30,110 nt of DNA from the IMG/VR virus record IMGVR_UViG_3300037851_000239, positions 1 to 30,110 of that record. The stretch is one strand, 5' to 3'. The notes below the pieces were generated by a model. The model had not been told where the DNA came from. It searched no databases and saw only the letters and a list, made by a program, of their open reading frames with translations. How positions within the stretch are numbered: the first letter of the stretch is position 1; every line of letters starts with the position of its first letter. Both the position numbers and the translations under genes were made by a program. Origin of the DNA: a virus (taxonomy: Duplodnaviria; Caudoviricetes). This document shows, one piece after another, positions 8,313 to 16,539 of the stretch.

Positions 8313-9140
8313 CTACTTACAGAAATTGAGCCAAGGACCACATCCTTGTCCATCGGGGCGACAAGCACGAACCTGCCAGAAAGGTCCTACGCCAGACTTA
8401 CATCCACTTGGTCCTCCATGAGCAATCGTGAAGAATCCAGCGTAGGGTCCATACATATTACGCTGAAGACCACATTCTTCGGGACGACCCTCGAACTGAG
8501 GAGTCTTCGGATCGTCTCTAAAGACCGGATCACCGAAATGATCACAAGATGCAAGGGCGCTCTCGTCGTTGTAGCATGGATAGACAGTCTTTCCCGCATC
8601 GGGAGTATACTGCCAGATGGGACAGCCGCCAAGAAGTTCCATCTCGCACTGAGCACGCTTCGGCCATCCCTCAAGATGGCACCCATTGACAGCGACACCG
8701 TGAATCAAGAAGCAGAACTGAGGATCTCCATACACCCAAACCGTGGAATCCTGTCCCTGACCATAAGACTTGTCACTCATTCCAATATGACTTCCCTCAA
8801 ATTCTTTAGGGCAGGAAGTCGTCGAAGGTGGAGGAGTTGGCTCGTCAGGTACGCAGCCCTTTAGGGGATCGGTGCAATGAGTGTTTGGCGGACACAATTC
8901 AGGACAAGTAGGTTCAGGAGTAATACACTGATACTCGGTAGTACATTCCTGTCCAGCAGGGCACGAGACCAGAATCCATTCACCCGTCTCGGGCGGCATG
9001 ACGTAGCAATTGCAGAACTCCTTATCGACGACGCAGACGTGGCCGGGGGGAGTCGGCGTAGGAGTAGGAGTCGGCTTCGGATCAGGATTTGGATTGCAGA
9101 ATCCAATCGCAGCTACCAGAAAGAATACGAACATTCTCAT
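8313..9140 (-). CDS. secreted or lipid-anchored Cys- and Pro-rich protein
   Basis: Short hydrophobic signal ending in Cys15 (non-canonical lipobox IGFC), PTPTPTP linker, 23 Cys in 275 aa. Confidence 0.75.
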   Translation of the reverse strand: MRMFVFFLVAAIGFCNPNPDPKPTPTPTPTPPGHVCVVDKEFCNCYVMPPETGEWILVSCPAGQECTTEYQCITPEPTCPELCPPNTHCTDPLKGCVPDEPTPPPSTTSCPKEFEGSHIGMSDKSYGQGQDSTVWVYGDPQFCFLIHGVAVNGCHLEGWPKRAQCEMELLGGCPIWQYTPDAGKTVYPCYNDESALASCDHFGDPVFRDDPKTPQFEGRPEECGLQRNMYGPYAGFFTIAHGGPSGCKSGVGPFWQVRACRPDGQGCGPWLNFCK

Positions 9141-9409
9141 GGCTTGCCCTTCCTTAACTCCTCATTCTGCTTGAGGATATCTGCTCGATAACCTCTAATC
9201 TCGAGCAATATCTCCCTCATCAACTCCTTACTATTCGACTGAGCTTCTTCAACCTTGCTCGTTCTCTCTGCAAGTCTGTAGATATCTTCTCGGGCAGAAA
9301 AATGGAGAATAATGCCGGCGACAATAACGGACAGTAAGAGCAGTCGAGCAAGTGCGGGAGGAAGTAGCTTCACGATCTCCAGTCCAATCTTCATCAGAAA
9401 GCTACGCAT
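9137..9409 (-). CDS. single-TM coiled-coil protein (holin-, XhlA- or i-spanin-like)
   Basis: TM segment LLLLSVIVAGIILHF then a heptad-like tail; start moved to ATG 9409 (GAGG RBS, overlaps the upstream stop). Confidence 0.55.
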   Translation of the reverse strand: MRSFLMKIGLEIVKLLPPALARLLLLSVIVAGIILHFSAREDIYRLAERTSKVEEAQSNSKELMREILLEIRGYRADILKQNEELRKGKP

Positions 9410-9722
9410 CCCTTTTCCTCTTCTCATCAAGAATCTGTACAGCTCTCATCTTCATCTGACTAAGCAGACGAGATCGCCGAGTAATGGGAACTAAAGAGTC
9501 GGGATCAATTGGAGATGAGTCGGGTAGGAGGTGCGGTTCGGCTGAACGAGCGAGACGTAGCTCCTCCTTCAAGGAAGCATTGATCCCGCGTTCGTGAATC
9601 AACGCCTCTTCGAGGCAAGCTATTAGCTTCTCGTTAGTTTCGCGATATGCGCGCTGAGCGTCCTGAGCGGATTCGATTATATCTCCGAACAGGGCCCCAC
9701 GCAGCCACTTCCACAGACTCAA
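9402..9722 (-). CDS. hypothetical coiled-coil protein overlapping the terL 3' end
   Basis: 106 aa; TTG start with GGAG RBS; 89-nt overlap with terL. Confidence 0.55.
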   Translation of the reverse strand: MSLWKWLRGALFGDIIESAQDAQRAYRETNEKLIACLEEALIHERGINASLKEELRLARSAEPHLLPDSSPIDPDSLVPITRRSRLLSQMKMRAVQILDEKRKRDA

Positions 9723-11283
9723 GGTTCTCCATCTCCCGGTAAAACGTCGTCATGTCGCCTGTCTTGTGCAACTTCTCGAGAATCTTCTCTCGCCGTCCGA
9801 CGTTTGATCCAGCTTCCTTAGCCTGCTCGAAGTAACGATGAGCACGCTTGAGTCCATATCGCTGGCCGTCGTATGGATCGTCTCCGTCCCACTCCATCAC
9901 GTCTTCGGGGTTTTTGGGATTGGAGACGCAGGCAACAATCGCGTTTATCGCGAGGGGACACGATTTGAAGATCTGGTATCGGGGAATATTCAGTTCTTCC
10001 GGCTCGGGGTCGAAAGCGTGACGATACGCTTCGGCAGCCTCTCTACCTCGAAGTCTGTAGAGCTTTTCTTCAGTTTCTTGGCTATATCCTCCAGGAGGAA
10101 CGTACTTCGGCGGACGCGGCGACCAGCGGAGATACTCGTGGAGAAGCATCTTACCGCCGATACGATCGGAGTCGGAGCGTTCGACCTCCATTCCCGTTGC
10201 GTCGGTTATCTGCTCAGCGAGAGTCTTCTCCTCACCCCTCTGAGAGAATGCAGACTTGTCTAATGTAATTGGAAGTTGAAGTGATGGATAATCCAGCGCC
10301 GCTCTCGCTAAATCCGCTCCCCACACTGAAATTTTCGTATTACGCCAGCTCATCTCCTTAAAGAGAAAAATCCTCTCATCCGGAGATACGGCGAAGAAAC
10401 CTATCCAGCACAGAGCAGAGAATCCCCAGTCAATTGCGATAAAGACTGGCCAGTAAGGGGGAATGGCGAAGGGTTCGACGACATGAATTGCGTTGTTCGG
10501 CTCGTCGATATTGTGAATCTGTCGAAACTCTCGGAAGACTGCACCAGCAATGGCATCCCAGTCTCCATAGAGCTTACTCCTCTTCTCCGCTTCTGGGAGG
10601 AGCATGAGGGAGTTGATGTACTGCGGGTCCCGCTCCATGATGAGCGGATTGTCAGTTACCCTAGCCTTGATGAAGATGCGCTTGACGAGTGTGCCATCTG
10701 GCATCCTCTCGGCGATTATCTTTCCACCTTGAGGGAATGGATCAATGAATCGTTCCTTGACCCACGAGTGTCCTATTCCGAGAGGATTCGACGCAGCTCG
10801 CGCATACGCCGGTAGATTATCGACGGTGGTACGGCACCGAGAGTGGACGAGGTACATCCAGCGGAAACGGGAGAAGGCAGTCAACTCATCAAAGGCGACA
10901 TAGTTGTACTGTGCCGTATCGTGGTCGTATGCTTGCTCATCCTTCGCTAGATAGGAGAAGCGAATCGTCGCACCACCGGGAAATTTCCAGTAATGCTCCG
11001 TTCCATTATATACTCCCCCAAAGTGGGGGTACCATGCCTGCGACTCATGGATTAGGGATTCTTCTAACTGGGGGAAAGACTCACGGAAGAGGATTCCGTG
11101 AAAGCGGGGATGCTTATGAAGTTGTCTAAGTAGAGGATCTAAAAGGAGCATGAAGGACTTACCGGGTCCGGCTGCTCCTCCAAAGAATCCTTCTTTAATT
11201 GTGGTGGGGATAGCTGCGAACTCTTCCTGTTTCGGGAAGAGCTTAATGTCGAGCCGGTCTGGGGTGACTATCTCGACGCTCAC
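9634..11283 (-). CDS. terL: terminase large subunit
   Basis: Walker A GGAAGPGKS, Walker B VAFDELT, ASNP coupling motif, RNase H-like IDWG and DDPYDGQRY. Confidence 0.93.
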   Translation of the reverse strand: MSVEIVTPDRLDIKLFPKQEEFAAIPTTIKEGFFGGAAGPGKSFMLLLDPLLRQLHKHPRFHGILFRESFPQLEESLIHESQAWYPHFGGVYNGTEHYWKFPGGATIRFSYLAKDEQAYDHDTAQYNYVAFDELTAFSRFRWMYLVHSRCRTTVDNLPAYARAASNPLGIGHSWVKERFIDPFPQGGKIIAERMPDGTLVKRIFIKARVTDNPLIMERDPQYINSLMLLPEAEKRSKLYGDWDAIAGAVFREFRQIHNIDEPNNAIHVVEPFAIPPYWPVFIAIDWGFSALCWIGFFAVSPDERIFLFKEMSWRNTKISVWGADLARAALDYPSLQLPITLDKSAFSQRGEEKTLAEQITDATGMEVERSDSDRIGGKMLLHEYLRWSPRPPKYVPPGGYSQETEEKLYRLRGREAAEAYRHAFDPEPEELNIPRYQIFKSCPLAINAIVACVSNPKNPEDVMEWDGDDPYDGQRYGLKRAHRYFEQAKEAGSNVGRREKILEKLHKTGDMTTFYREMENLESVEVAAWGPVRRYNRIRSGRSARISRN

Positions 11284-11849
11284 GTCAGCTTCTTATCTTC
11301 TAGGGGCCTATACGCAACCTCAACGACTTCTCCGAATTCCCTCTCATCCTTGACTCTAGGCGCGTGGACAAAGACTGCGACACTATTTCCTCCGCTGCGC
11401 GGCGTCAGCTTTTCGACGATAGTGGCGATATCCTTAGCGGCAGAGACCGCCTCTCTAGGCTTCATCGCTCCGAGGTTCTGATCGTTGATGACCGAAGCGA
11501 ACATTCCAGCCAGGCGATCAAGAGCCACATCCCTCAGATTCTTGTCCTTCTTCTCAACGACAGTATCTATCGCTTCCTTCACATCCTCATCGTGGCGATC
11601 AACTCCGACGTTACCGATCTTCGCGGCTGATACCGTTCGCTCACAGACACCGAATGCCCGCGCAGTCGAGGCCAACGTATCGTTGTGCGCAGCAATGCCG
11701 ATGAGAGTTCGAATCATCGGAGGAATCTCCTTCGCACCGTTTGTCCTACCTCCGCGGTGCGCCTTGAGGAAGGTGACATTCGGATTACGGACAGCGAGAT
11801 TCCGCTCGTCGCCGAGTAACTTCGCTGCCGCTTCCGCGTCTATCTCCAC
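11280..11849 (-). CDS. probable terminase small subunit (HTH)
   Basis: 189 aa, first gene of the late operon, GTGA-coupled to terL; HTH-like TLASTARAFGVCERTVSAAK. Confidence 0.6.
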   Translation of the reverse strand: MEIDAEAAAKLLGDERNLAVRNPNVTFLKAHRGGRTNGAKEIPPMIRTLIGIAAHNDTLASTARAFGVCERTVSAAKIGNVGVDRHDEDVKEAIDTVVEKKDKNLRDVALDRLAGMFASVINDQNLGAMKPREAVSAAKDIATIVEKLTPRSGGNSVAVFVHAPRVKDEREFGEVVEVAYRPLEDKKLT

Positions 11850-12035
11850 ACTCTACCCCAGGAGATTGAGAGAAAGGGGATCCGATCCATTTAGTCGGTG
11901 GCGAGAGCTGCTAGACATCAAACCTCCCAGGACCAGGAGGAGGTGACATCCTGCGCTCAATCGCTCAACCGACCCGTCTGTCATTCACCCCTCCCCAAGG
12001 GCAAACGCCAAACGCAACAGACCGGACCCCCTCTG

Positions 12036-12064
12036 AATGTACGGACATTTCCCTAAAAAGTCAA
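12036..12064 (-). promoter_or_regulatory. sigma70-like promoter for the late (terminase) operon
   Basis: TTGACT-N17-TACATT on the minus strand, about 185 nt upstream of the terS start. Confidence 0.7.
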
Positions 12065-12084
12065 GGCCGATTTGGTGTTCAGGC

Positions 12085-12113
12085 TTGACAGAATTGCCGT
12101 TCAGACTCATATT
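12085..12113 (+). promoter_or_regulatory. sigma70-like promoter (divergent)
   Basis: TTGACA-N17-CATATT, 6 nt before ATG 12120. Confidence 0.6.
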
Positions 12114-12119
12114 CCCAGT

Positions 12120-12524
12120 ATGGAACCGCTTGAAATCAATTTTAGAGCTCTAACTTCTCCACTCGTCTACATTGTCTATGTCGGAGAGGTATGTGAGTAT
12201 GTAGGACTTTCCTCTCATGGACTAGCCAGAGTACTCTCTCCATCTCATCACGCTGTATCCAATCTCATTCATGGAAATATTCCACTTGTCAGACTTTTCA
12301 TCATCCCCTGCCAATCAAGGTTTCAAGCTGAAAAGCTCGAGAGGGAAAAGATCAAGGAACTACAACCGAGAAGAAACGGAAAACAGTGGAAAGGAAGCAA
12401 GAAATCCTGTTCATACTCCGAACGGCATTCATTCAAGTTCGATTCAACCTCCTGTAGACTAATAGATCCCGAAGAGGTCGAATCGAATCATAAGCTTGTA
12501 AGCATGCTTTCTCTGAGAAGTTAA
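12120..12524 (+). CDS. GIY-YIG-like endonuclease
   Basis: LVY..EYVGLS, conserved R (LARV), E (KLERE) and QPRRN; start moved from TTG 12072 to ATG 12120. Confidence 0.65.
   Translation: MEPLEINFRALTSPLVYIVYVGEVCEYVGLSSHGLARVLSPSHHAVSNLIHGNIPLVRLFIIPCQSRFQAEKLEREKIKELQPRRNGKQWKGSKKSCSYSERHSFKFDSTSCRLIDPEEVESNHKLVSMLSLRS
12409..12423. promoter_or_regulatory. dispersed palindromic site, copy 2
   Basis: TCCT-GTTCATACTCCGAAC-GG. Confidence 0.5.
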
Positions 12525-12678
12525 GATATGGGACCCAAGTGTAGATGTAAAACACACGCGATTGATGATCCCCCGGGTGGCACAGGGATGGGACCCTGCC
12601 GGTCAGGTGGGGCGTATGGTCGGACCTACTGTCCGGGCCGATTCGGCCACCCTCAAGCCTACCTGGGGCCGGGCGCGC

Positions 12679-12707
12679 TTGACAATCTGGCGGGGACGCC
12701 CCATCAT
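12679..12707 (+). promoter_or_regulatory. sigma70-like promoter
   Basis: TTGACA-N17-CATCAT followed by a leader with two hairpins and an AAGGAG RBS. Confidence 0.55.
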
Positions 12708-12781
12708 GTAGCTAACCGGCCGGAACTGGTCGGGAACCTCGGCTGACGATGGCCGAGGGATTCTTTCAAAGGAGAACGGCA

Positions 12782-13210
12782 ATGGCACTGCACAAGGCAT
12801 GGGTCGAGGCGGCGGTCGCGAGGGGTCTCGCGCGGTACGAGAACGCCGAAGTCACCATCAACGATGTTCCGAACAAGGGCGATAAGCATAAGGAGGCGTT
12901 CAAGCGCGTCGTCTTCTCGATCGACGGTTCGACCGTCCTTGACCTGTACAACCTCGCCGACGCCGAGCGTGGCGTCGTCAAGGACGAGGATGGCAACGAA
13001 GTCCCGGGCGAGAACCCCGTGAATGACCTCCTGACGTATGCGTATGGACTTAACTGCCGCGCCAAGGTCCGGACGCAGTACGAGGCCAAATTCGTCGACC
13101 CCGAGAAGGGGGATAAGGACATGGCGAGCAAACTCGTTAAGTCCGGTCGCTTCAAGTCGTTCGAAAAAGCGCTGGCGGCGGTCAAGCTCATGCACGAGGA
13201 TGACGAGTAG
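12782..13210 (+). CDS. hypothetical early protein
   Basis: 142 aa from ATG 12782 (AAAGGAG RBS); strong C/G third-position bias suggests high expression. Confidence 0.85.
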   Translation: MALHKAWVEAAVARGLARYENAEVTINDVPNKGDKHKEAFKRVVFSIDGSTVLDLYNLADAERGVVKDEDGNEVPGENPVNDLLTYAYGLNCRAKVRTQYEAKFVDPEKGDKDMASKLVKSGRFKSFEKALAAVKLMHEDDE

Positions 13211-13225
13211 GACCTCTAGTTCAGC

Positions 13226-13266
13226 TACGACCGGCGGGGGCGGAGAATCCTCCCTCGCCGGTCGTA
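13226..13266 (+). other. stable intergenic hairpin (processing or pause site)
   Basis: Perfect 11-bp stem TACGACCGGCG/CGCCGGTCGTA, extendable; no U-tract. Confidence 0.6.
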
Positions 13267-13318
13267 ACGGACCTAGATGCAACAGCTCGTTGACAAACTA
13301 TCGGAAAGAGAGGATGTG

Positions 13319-13468
13319 ATGGACGAGATCATGGCGACGGAAGACGCTATCCGAATCATCAGGGGCCGTATGTGGGAAGTGGCGCGCGGATCGTACACGG
13401 TCTACCAGATCCTGTACCACGCGCAGCAGCATCTCGAGAAGCGGCTTTCGATGCTTCTCGGACGGTAG
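13319..13468 (+). CDS. 49-aa hypothetical protein
   Basis: MDEIMATEDAIRII...LLGR with GAGGA RBS. Confidence 0.6.
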   Translation: MDEIMATEDAIRIIRGRMWEVARGSYTVYQILYHAQQHLEKRLSMLLGR

Positions 13469-13503
13469 ACGACAAGAAGTAACCGATAGAACACCGTACG
13501 ACG

Positions 13504-13534
13504 AGGCTGGGGGATTCCCCTCCCCCGGCCTTTT
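13504..13534 (+). terminator. intrinsic terminator
   Basis: AGGCTGGGGGA-ttcccc-TCCCCCGGCCT followed by a T-run. Confidence 0.7.
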
Positions 13535-13639
13535 GCGTCTAGCTCCCCCTGAGGTATCCAACGAGCTACGACGCCCCCGACCGACCCTTTCCAACGAGCT
13601 TTCTAATCCGATCCGTTCTTTATAGAAGCTCCACGTCCC

Positions 13640-13654
13640 GTTCAGACTCTGAAC
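13640..13654. promoter_or_regulatory. dispersed palindromic site, copy 3
   Basis: GTTCAGACTCTGAAC; the 21-mer at 13636-13656 is identical to 14756-14776. Confidence 0.7.
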
Positions 13655-13707
13655 ACAATCCGCGCCGCCGCGCCACTCGATAGGTATACACGTCTTTATA
13701 CACTTTT

Positions 13708-14104
13708 TTCCCGCGCGACTTTTGAGCAACTCCCGCGCGGCTCCCGCGTGACTCCTGCGCTGTATACTTCGAGCCTAACTCGTTGAAAATAAAAGGGTTA
13801 CACGAGGATACCCCCCCTCCCCCTCCCTTAGACAACCCCCAGCCGGGCCGGGATGGATGTCAGCTTTACCACTTCTGCCCCTACCTTATATGTCTGTATA
13901 TATATATATTAAGAAGAGTAGGAGGAAGAGGAGGATTTTTTCGATCGTTACTTGACAAACAGCCACCCGGGGCGTACATTCCGGGGTAGGGGCGGGGGTG
14001 TATCCAGCCGTAACCCCAATCGCCTCAACGAGTTAACCCAGAATGGACCCCCGCAGGACCAGCGCGAAACCCGCTCAAAACCCGCAGAAAATCCACGCGG
14101 GGAT
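13708..14104. other. symmetric origin-like (or packaging) region
   Basis: Inverted 11-bp-period repeats and an inverted ~52-bp repeat with IHF-like boxes around a central (TA)6 run. Confidence 0.6.
13952..13980 (+). promoter_or_regulatory. sigma70-like promoter for the early/replication operon
   Basis: TTGACA-N17-TACATT. Confidence 0.75.
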
Positions 14105-14138
14105 TTCGGGCGGATTCTCTTTCGGAAAGGAAGAGGGC

Positions 14139-14378
14139 ATGCATTGTGACAGACAAGGTTGCTTGGCCGAGCGTATAGATACGTTCGAGGATCGAGTCCT
14201 CGCCGATGGATGCGTCGTTTCCATCTGCCCCGAGCACCTGCACTACTTCAGGGAAGAGGGAGAGCGAGCGGGAGTTTACTTCCACTCGCACACGATCATC
14301 TGCCCGAAGCACGGCTACAGCGACCTCGAGGAAAACGAGCGCTGCGCAGCCTGCGTAATCGAGGAGCTCGAGAGCTAG
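14139..14378 (+). CDS. Cys/His-rich Zn-binding protein
   Basis: 79 aa from ATG 14139 (AGGAAGAGGG RBS); CDRQGC, CPEH, CPKH, CAAC. Confidence 0.7.
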   Translation: MHCDRQGCLAERIDTFEDRVLADGCVVSICPEHLHYFREEGERAGVYFHSHTIICPKHGYSDLEENERCAACVIEELES

Positions 14379-14404
14379 ACGCTGAGACACTACCCCACGA
14401 GATA

Positions 14405-14824
14405 ATGCCCCGTAAGAATCCAACCCGATGCACTGACGGCCACCGCTACCGTCGATTCGTCAACGCGAACGAACGGGAGCAGTGGAAGTGTATGGATTGT
14501 CCATCCTATACCTACAATCGGGCGGATATCGTCGGAAACGAAGCGCGCTGCTTCTATTGCAACACGAAGTTCACGATCACTCTCGATAAGCTCCGATGTG
14601 CCGCGTTGAAGTGCGGTGATACGGTGGAGGAGTGTCGGGAGTCGTTGCGCGTGGCTTTGGTAGAGAACGCCGACGTAGATCTCATCTCGCTCTATCGCCA
14701 GGAGCTAGCTGCGCTTGCGAGGGAGAGAGCCGAAGACGTCGTAGGAACGCCTGCATCCCGTTCAGACTCTGAACACGATGGCGACAGCTTACTCGGTTCC
14801 ATGATGAAGGGAGACGGTAAGTGA
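14405..14824 (+). CDS. Zn-finger protein
   Basis: 139 aa from ATG 14405; CMDC and CFYC; weak RBS so the start is uncertain. Confidence 0.6.
   Translation: MPRKNPTRCTDGHRYRRFVNANEREQWKCMDCPSYTYNRADIVGNEARCFYCNTKFTITLDKLRCAALKCGDTVEECRESLRVALVENADVDLISLYRQELAALARERAEDVVGTPASRSDSEHDGDSLLGSMMKGDGK
14760..14774. promoter_or_regulatory. dispersed palindromic site, copy 4
   Basis: GTTCAGACTCTGAAC. Confidence 0.7.
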
Positions 14825-14943
14825 GCCGAACGACGAAGCGCGCAGGGACCAAGACGAAGGTACTCCCTGCACAGTCCGGAAGGATCAAGCCCCCGAAGTT
14901 CAAGTATCCGCAGAGGACGAAGTACCACAGGAGGACGAAGTGA
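14821..14943 (+). CDS. 40-aa basic protein (not in ORF track)
   Basis: MSRTTKRAGTKTKVLPAQSGRIKPPKFKYPQRTKYHRRTK; GTGA coupling at both ends; GGGAG RBS. Confidence 0.6.
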   Translation: MSRTTKRAGTKTKVLPAQSGRIKPPKFKYPQRTKYHRRTK

Positions 14944-15095
14944 AGTACAAGACGCCGAAGAGGATCATGGCGATCCTCAAGCAGTCGATGATGAAGCCGG
15001 TGCGGACGAAGGCCGAGGGCAAGGTGGCCAAGACGAACGCCAAGCTCTTCCACAAGGCGTTCACGCACTTCGACGGGAACCTGTCGGAGCTCTAG
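14940..15095 (+). CDS. 51-aa basic protein (not in ORF track)
   Basis: MKYKTPKRIMAILKQSMMKPVRTKAEGKVAKTNAKLFHKAFTHFDGNLSEL; AGGAGG RBS. Confidence 0.75.
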   Translation: MKYKTPKRIMAILKQSMMKPVRTKAEGKVAKTNAKLFHKAFTHFDGNLSEL

Positions 15096-15103
15096 GAGAG
15101 AGT

Positions 15104-15463
15104 ATGAGCCTAACGGAGTTCAGGATCGCCTGGACGAGGCCAAGCGAAGAACAGATGGCGGCACGTTTCCAGCGCGACCTGATGCTGAACACCATCGTCC
15201 GCCGTAAGCTCTTCATCCGCAAGCTCGAGACGTACGTCGCGCCGCGACCGCGGATCTACGCCGACAGGAAGTGGTTGGAAGGCTACACGTCCACGTCGGT
15301 CATCATCGGACGAATGGCGGCTCTCCCCACAAAGACCCCCGGCCTCCTCATCTCCCGCGAGGCCATCAGGAGCATGAGGATGATCCTCACCGGCACGACG
15401 CGAAAGCTCACCGCTGCGCAGGCGGGAGCCATCGACGCGTATCTCGACTCAGTGGGGTGCTGA
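15104..15463 (+). CDS. hypothetical protein
   Basis: 119 aa, AGGAG RBS, operon packing. Confidence 0.75.
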   Translation: MSLTEFRIAWTRPSEEQMAARFQRDLMLNTIVRRKLFIRKLETYVAPRPRIYADRKWLEGYTSTSVIIGRMAALPTKTPGLLISREAIRSMRMILTGTTRKLTAAQAGAIDAYLDSVGC

Positions 15464-15464
15464 A

Positions 15465-15647
15465 ATGAGATTCAGGATCAAGTTCATCTTCCCGCCCCGG
15501 ACGAAGCGTTCTCGGAGGAGGATCATCGAGATCGAGACGCATCACGATACGGACATCAAGGTGAGCGAACTCGAAACGATCATCCAGACGGAACAGTTTC
15601 TCGAGAGGCTCACGGGCCTCCGCGTGCACATTGAAGAGAGTCACTGA
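15465..15647 (+). CDS. hypothetical protein
   Basis: 60 aa, operon packing. Confidence 0.7.
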   Translation: MRFRIKFIFPPRTKRSRRRIIEIETHHDTDIKVSELETIIQTEQFLERLTGLRVHIEESH

Positions 15648-15850
15648 TGCTGCCCTGCGGCAAGTCCACGACGCAAATCGTTCCCACGAAGTTCTCCTAC
15701 AAGGAGATCCCCGCTCGTTGTGGACAGACCAGCATCCGAGGCGATATGGTCCTCTGCGACAAATGCGCACGCATAGTCGAGAATCCTCCGGCCTATACCC
15801 TCGACGATGCGGGTGAGGCTGACTTCGAGCCGTTCCAGGCAGACGAGTAG
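15647..15850 (+). CDS. small Cys-containing protein
   Basis: 67 aa, TGATG coupling, CDKC motif. Confidence 0.7.
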   Translation: MLPCGKSTTQIVPTKFSYKEIPARCGQTSIRGDMVLCDKCARIVENPPAYTLDDAGEADFEPFQADE

Positions 15851-15856
15851 GACAAC

Positions 15857-16498
15857 GTGCTCATCGGGAATTACCGAAACAGTCTTCCCGGTGAGCCGTC
15901 GCACTTCTTTTTCCCTATATCCGACGACGTAATACGTTCACACTGCGGGGCGTTTGAGATGCTTAGGACCACCCTCTATGAGACAGACGAGGCGACATGC
16001 CGAGTTTGTCGAGGAAGTGAGGTAGACGTGAGTGAAGAACCTGACGTGAAGATTGCTGGCGTGGAGCCGGATCTCACTCAGGAAGAGTACATGATCCTGT
16101 TCAACCGCAGCGTCAGGGAAGGCGAGGAGTTGACGTATCATCTCCCTGCCGTCAAGGATCTGACGCCGGAGGAACTAGTCGATCATGTCAACCTCCTGAC
16201 GAAGTTCTCGACGAGAATCCGAATCGCCAAACAGGCGGTGAAGGTAACTCTCGAGGCAAAGCGCATCCACTTGACCAAGGAGCACAAGGATGCTCTTAAG
16301 GTCAGGGACATGCAGTACAAGCCGAAGCCCGCTCCGACGGAGGAGAAGACCTCGAAGCCTCGTCGCGCAGCCGGCACAGCCAAGTCTCTCGATGCGATCG
16401 ATACCATTATGAAGCTCATGGGTTGCACCCGTGAGCAGGCGGAACGGCGCTTGGCCAAGGCGGCGGCCAAGCTCGAAGCTCAGGAAGAGCAGAGTTAG
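15857..16498 (+). CDS. hypothetical protein (N-terminal Zn-like motif, helical C-terminus)
   Basis: 213 aa, GTG start with AGGA RBS; possible internal start at GTG 16028 (GAGG RBS). Confidence 0.7.
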   Translation: MLIGNYRNSLPGEPSHFFFPISDDVIRSHCGAFEMLRTTLYETDEATCRVCRGSEVDVSEEPDVKIAGVEPDLTQEEYMILFNRSVREGEELTYHLPAVKDLTPEELVDHVNLLTKFSTRIRIAKQAVKVTLEAKRIHLTKEHKDALKVRDMQYKPKPAPTEEKTSKPRRAAGTAKSLDAIDTIMKLMGCTREQAERRLAKAAAKLEAQEEQS

Positions 16499-16539
16499 AC
16501 TACAGGAGCCCTCGATCCAAAGAAGACGAGGGATTTGAT

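Noticed and set aside
12527-12597. Repeated ATGGGACCC (about 12528 and 12588) and ORF 12528-12746
   Set aside because: Only two short copies; the ORF lacks an RBS and overlaps a promoter. A role at the genome end cannot be judged from sequence alone.
13290-13318. TTGACA as a promoter
   Set aside because: No acceptable -10 box at 16-18 bp spacing.
13880-13925. Protelomerase telRL site
   Set aside because: The central symmetry is imperfect and no protelomerase gene is present in the window.
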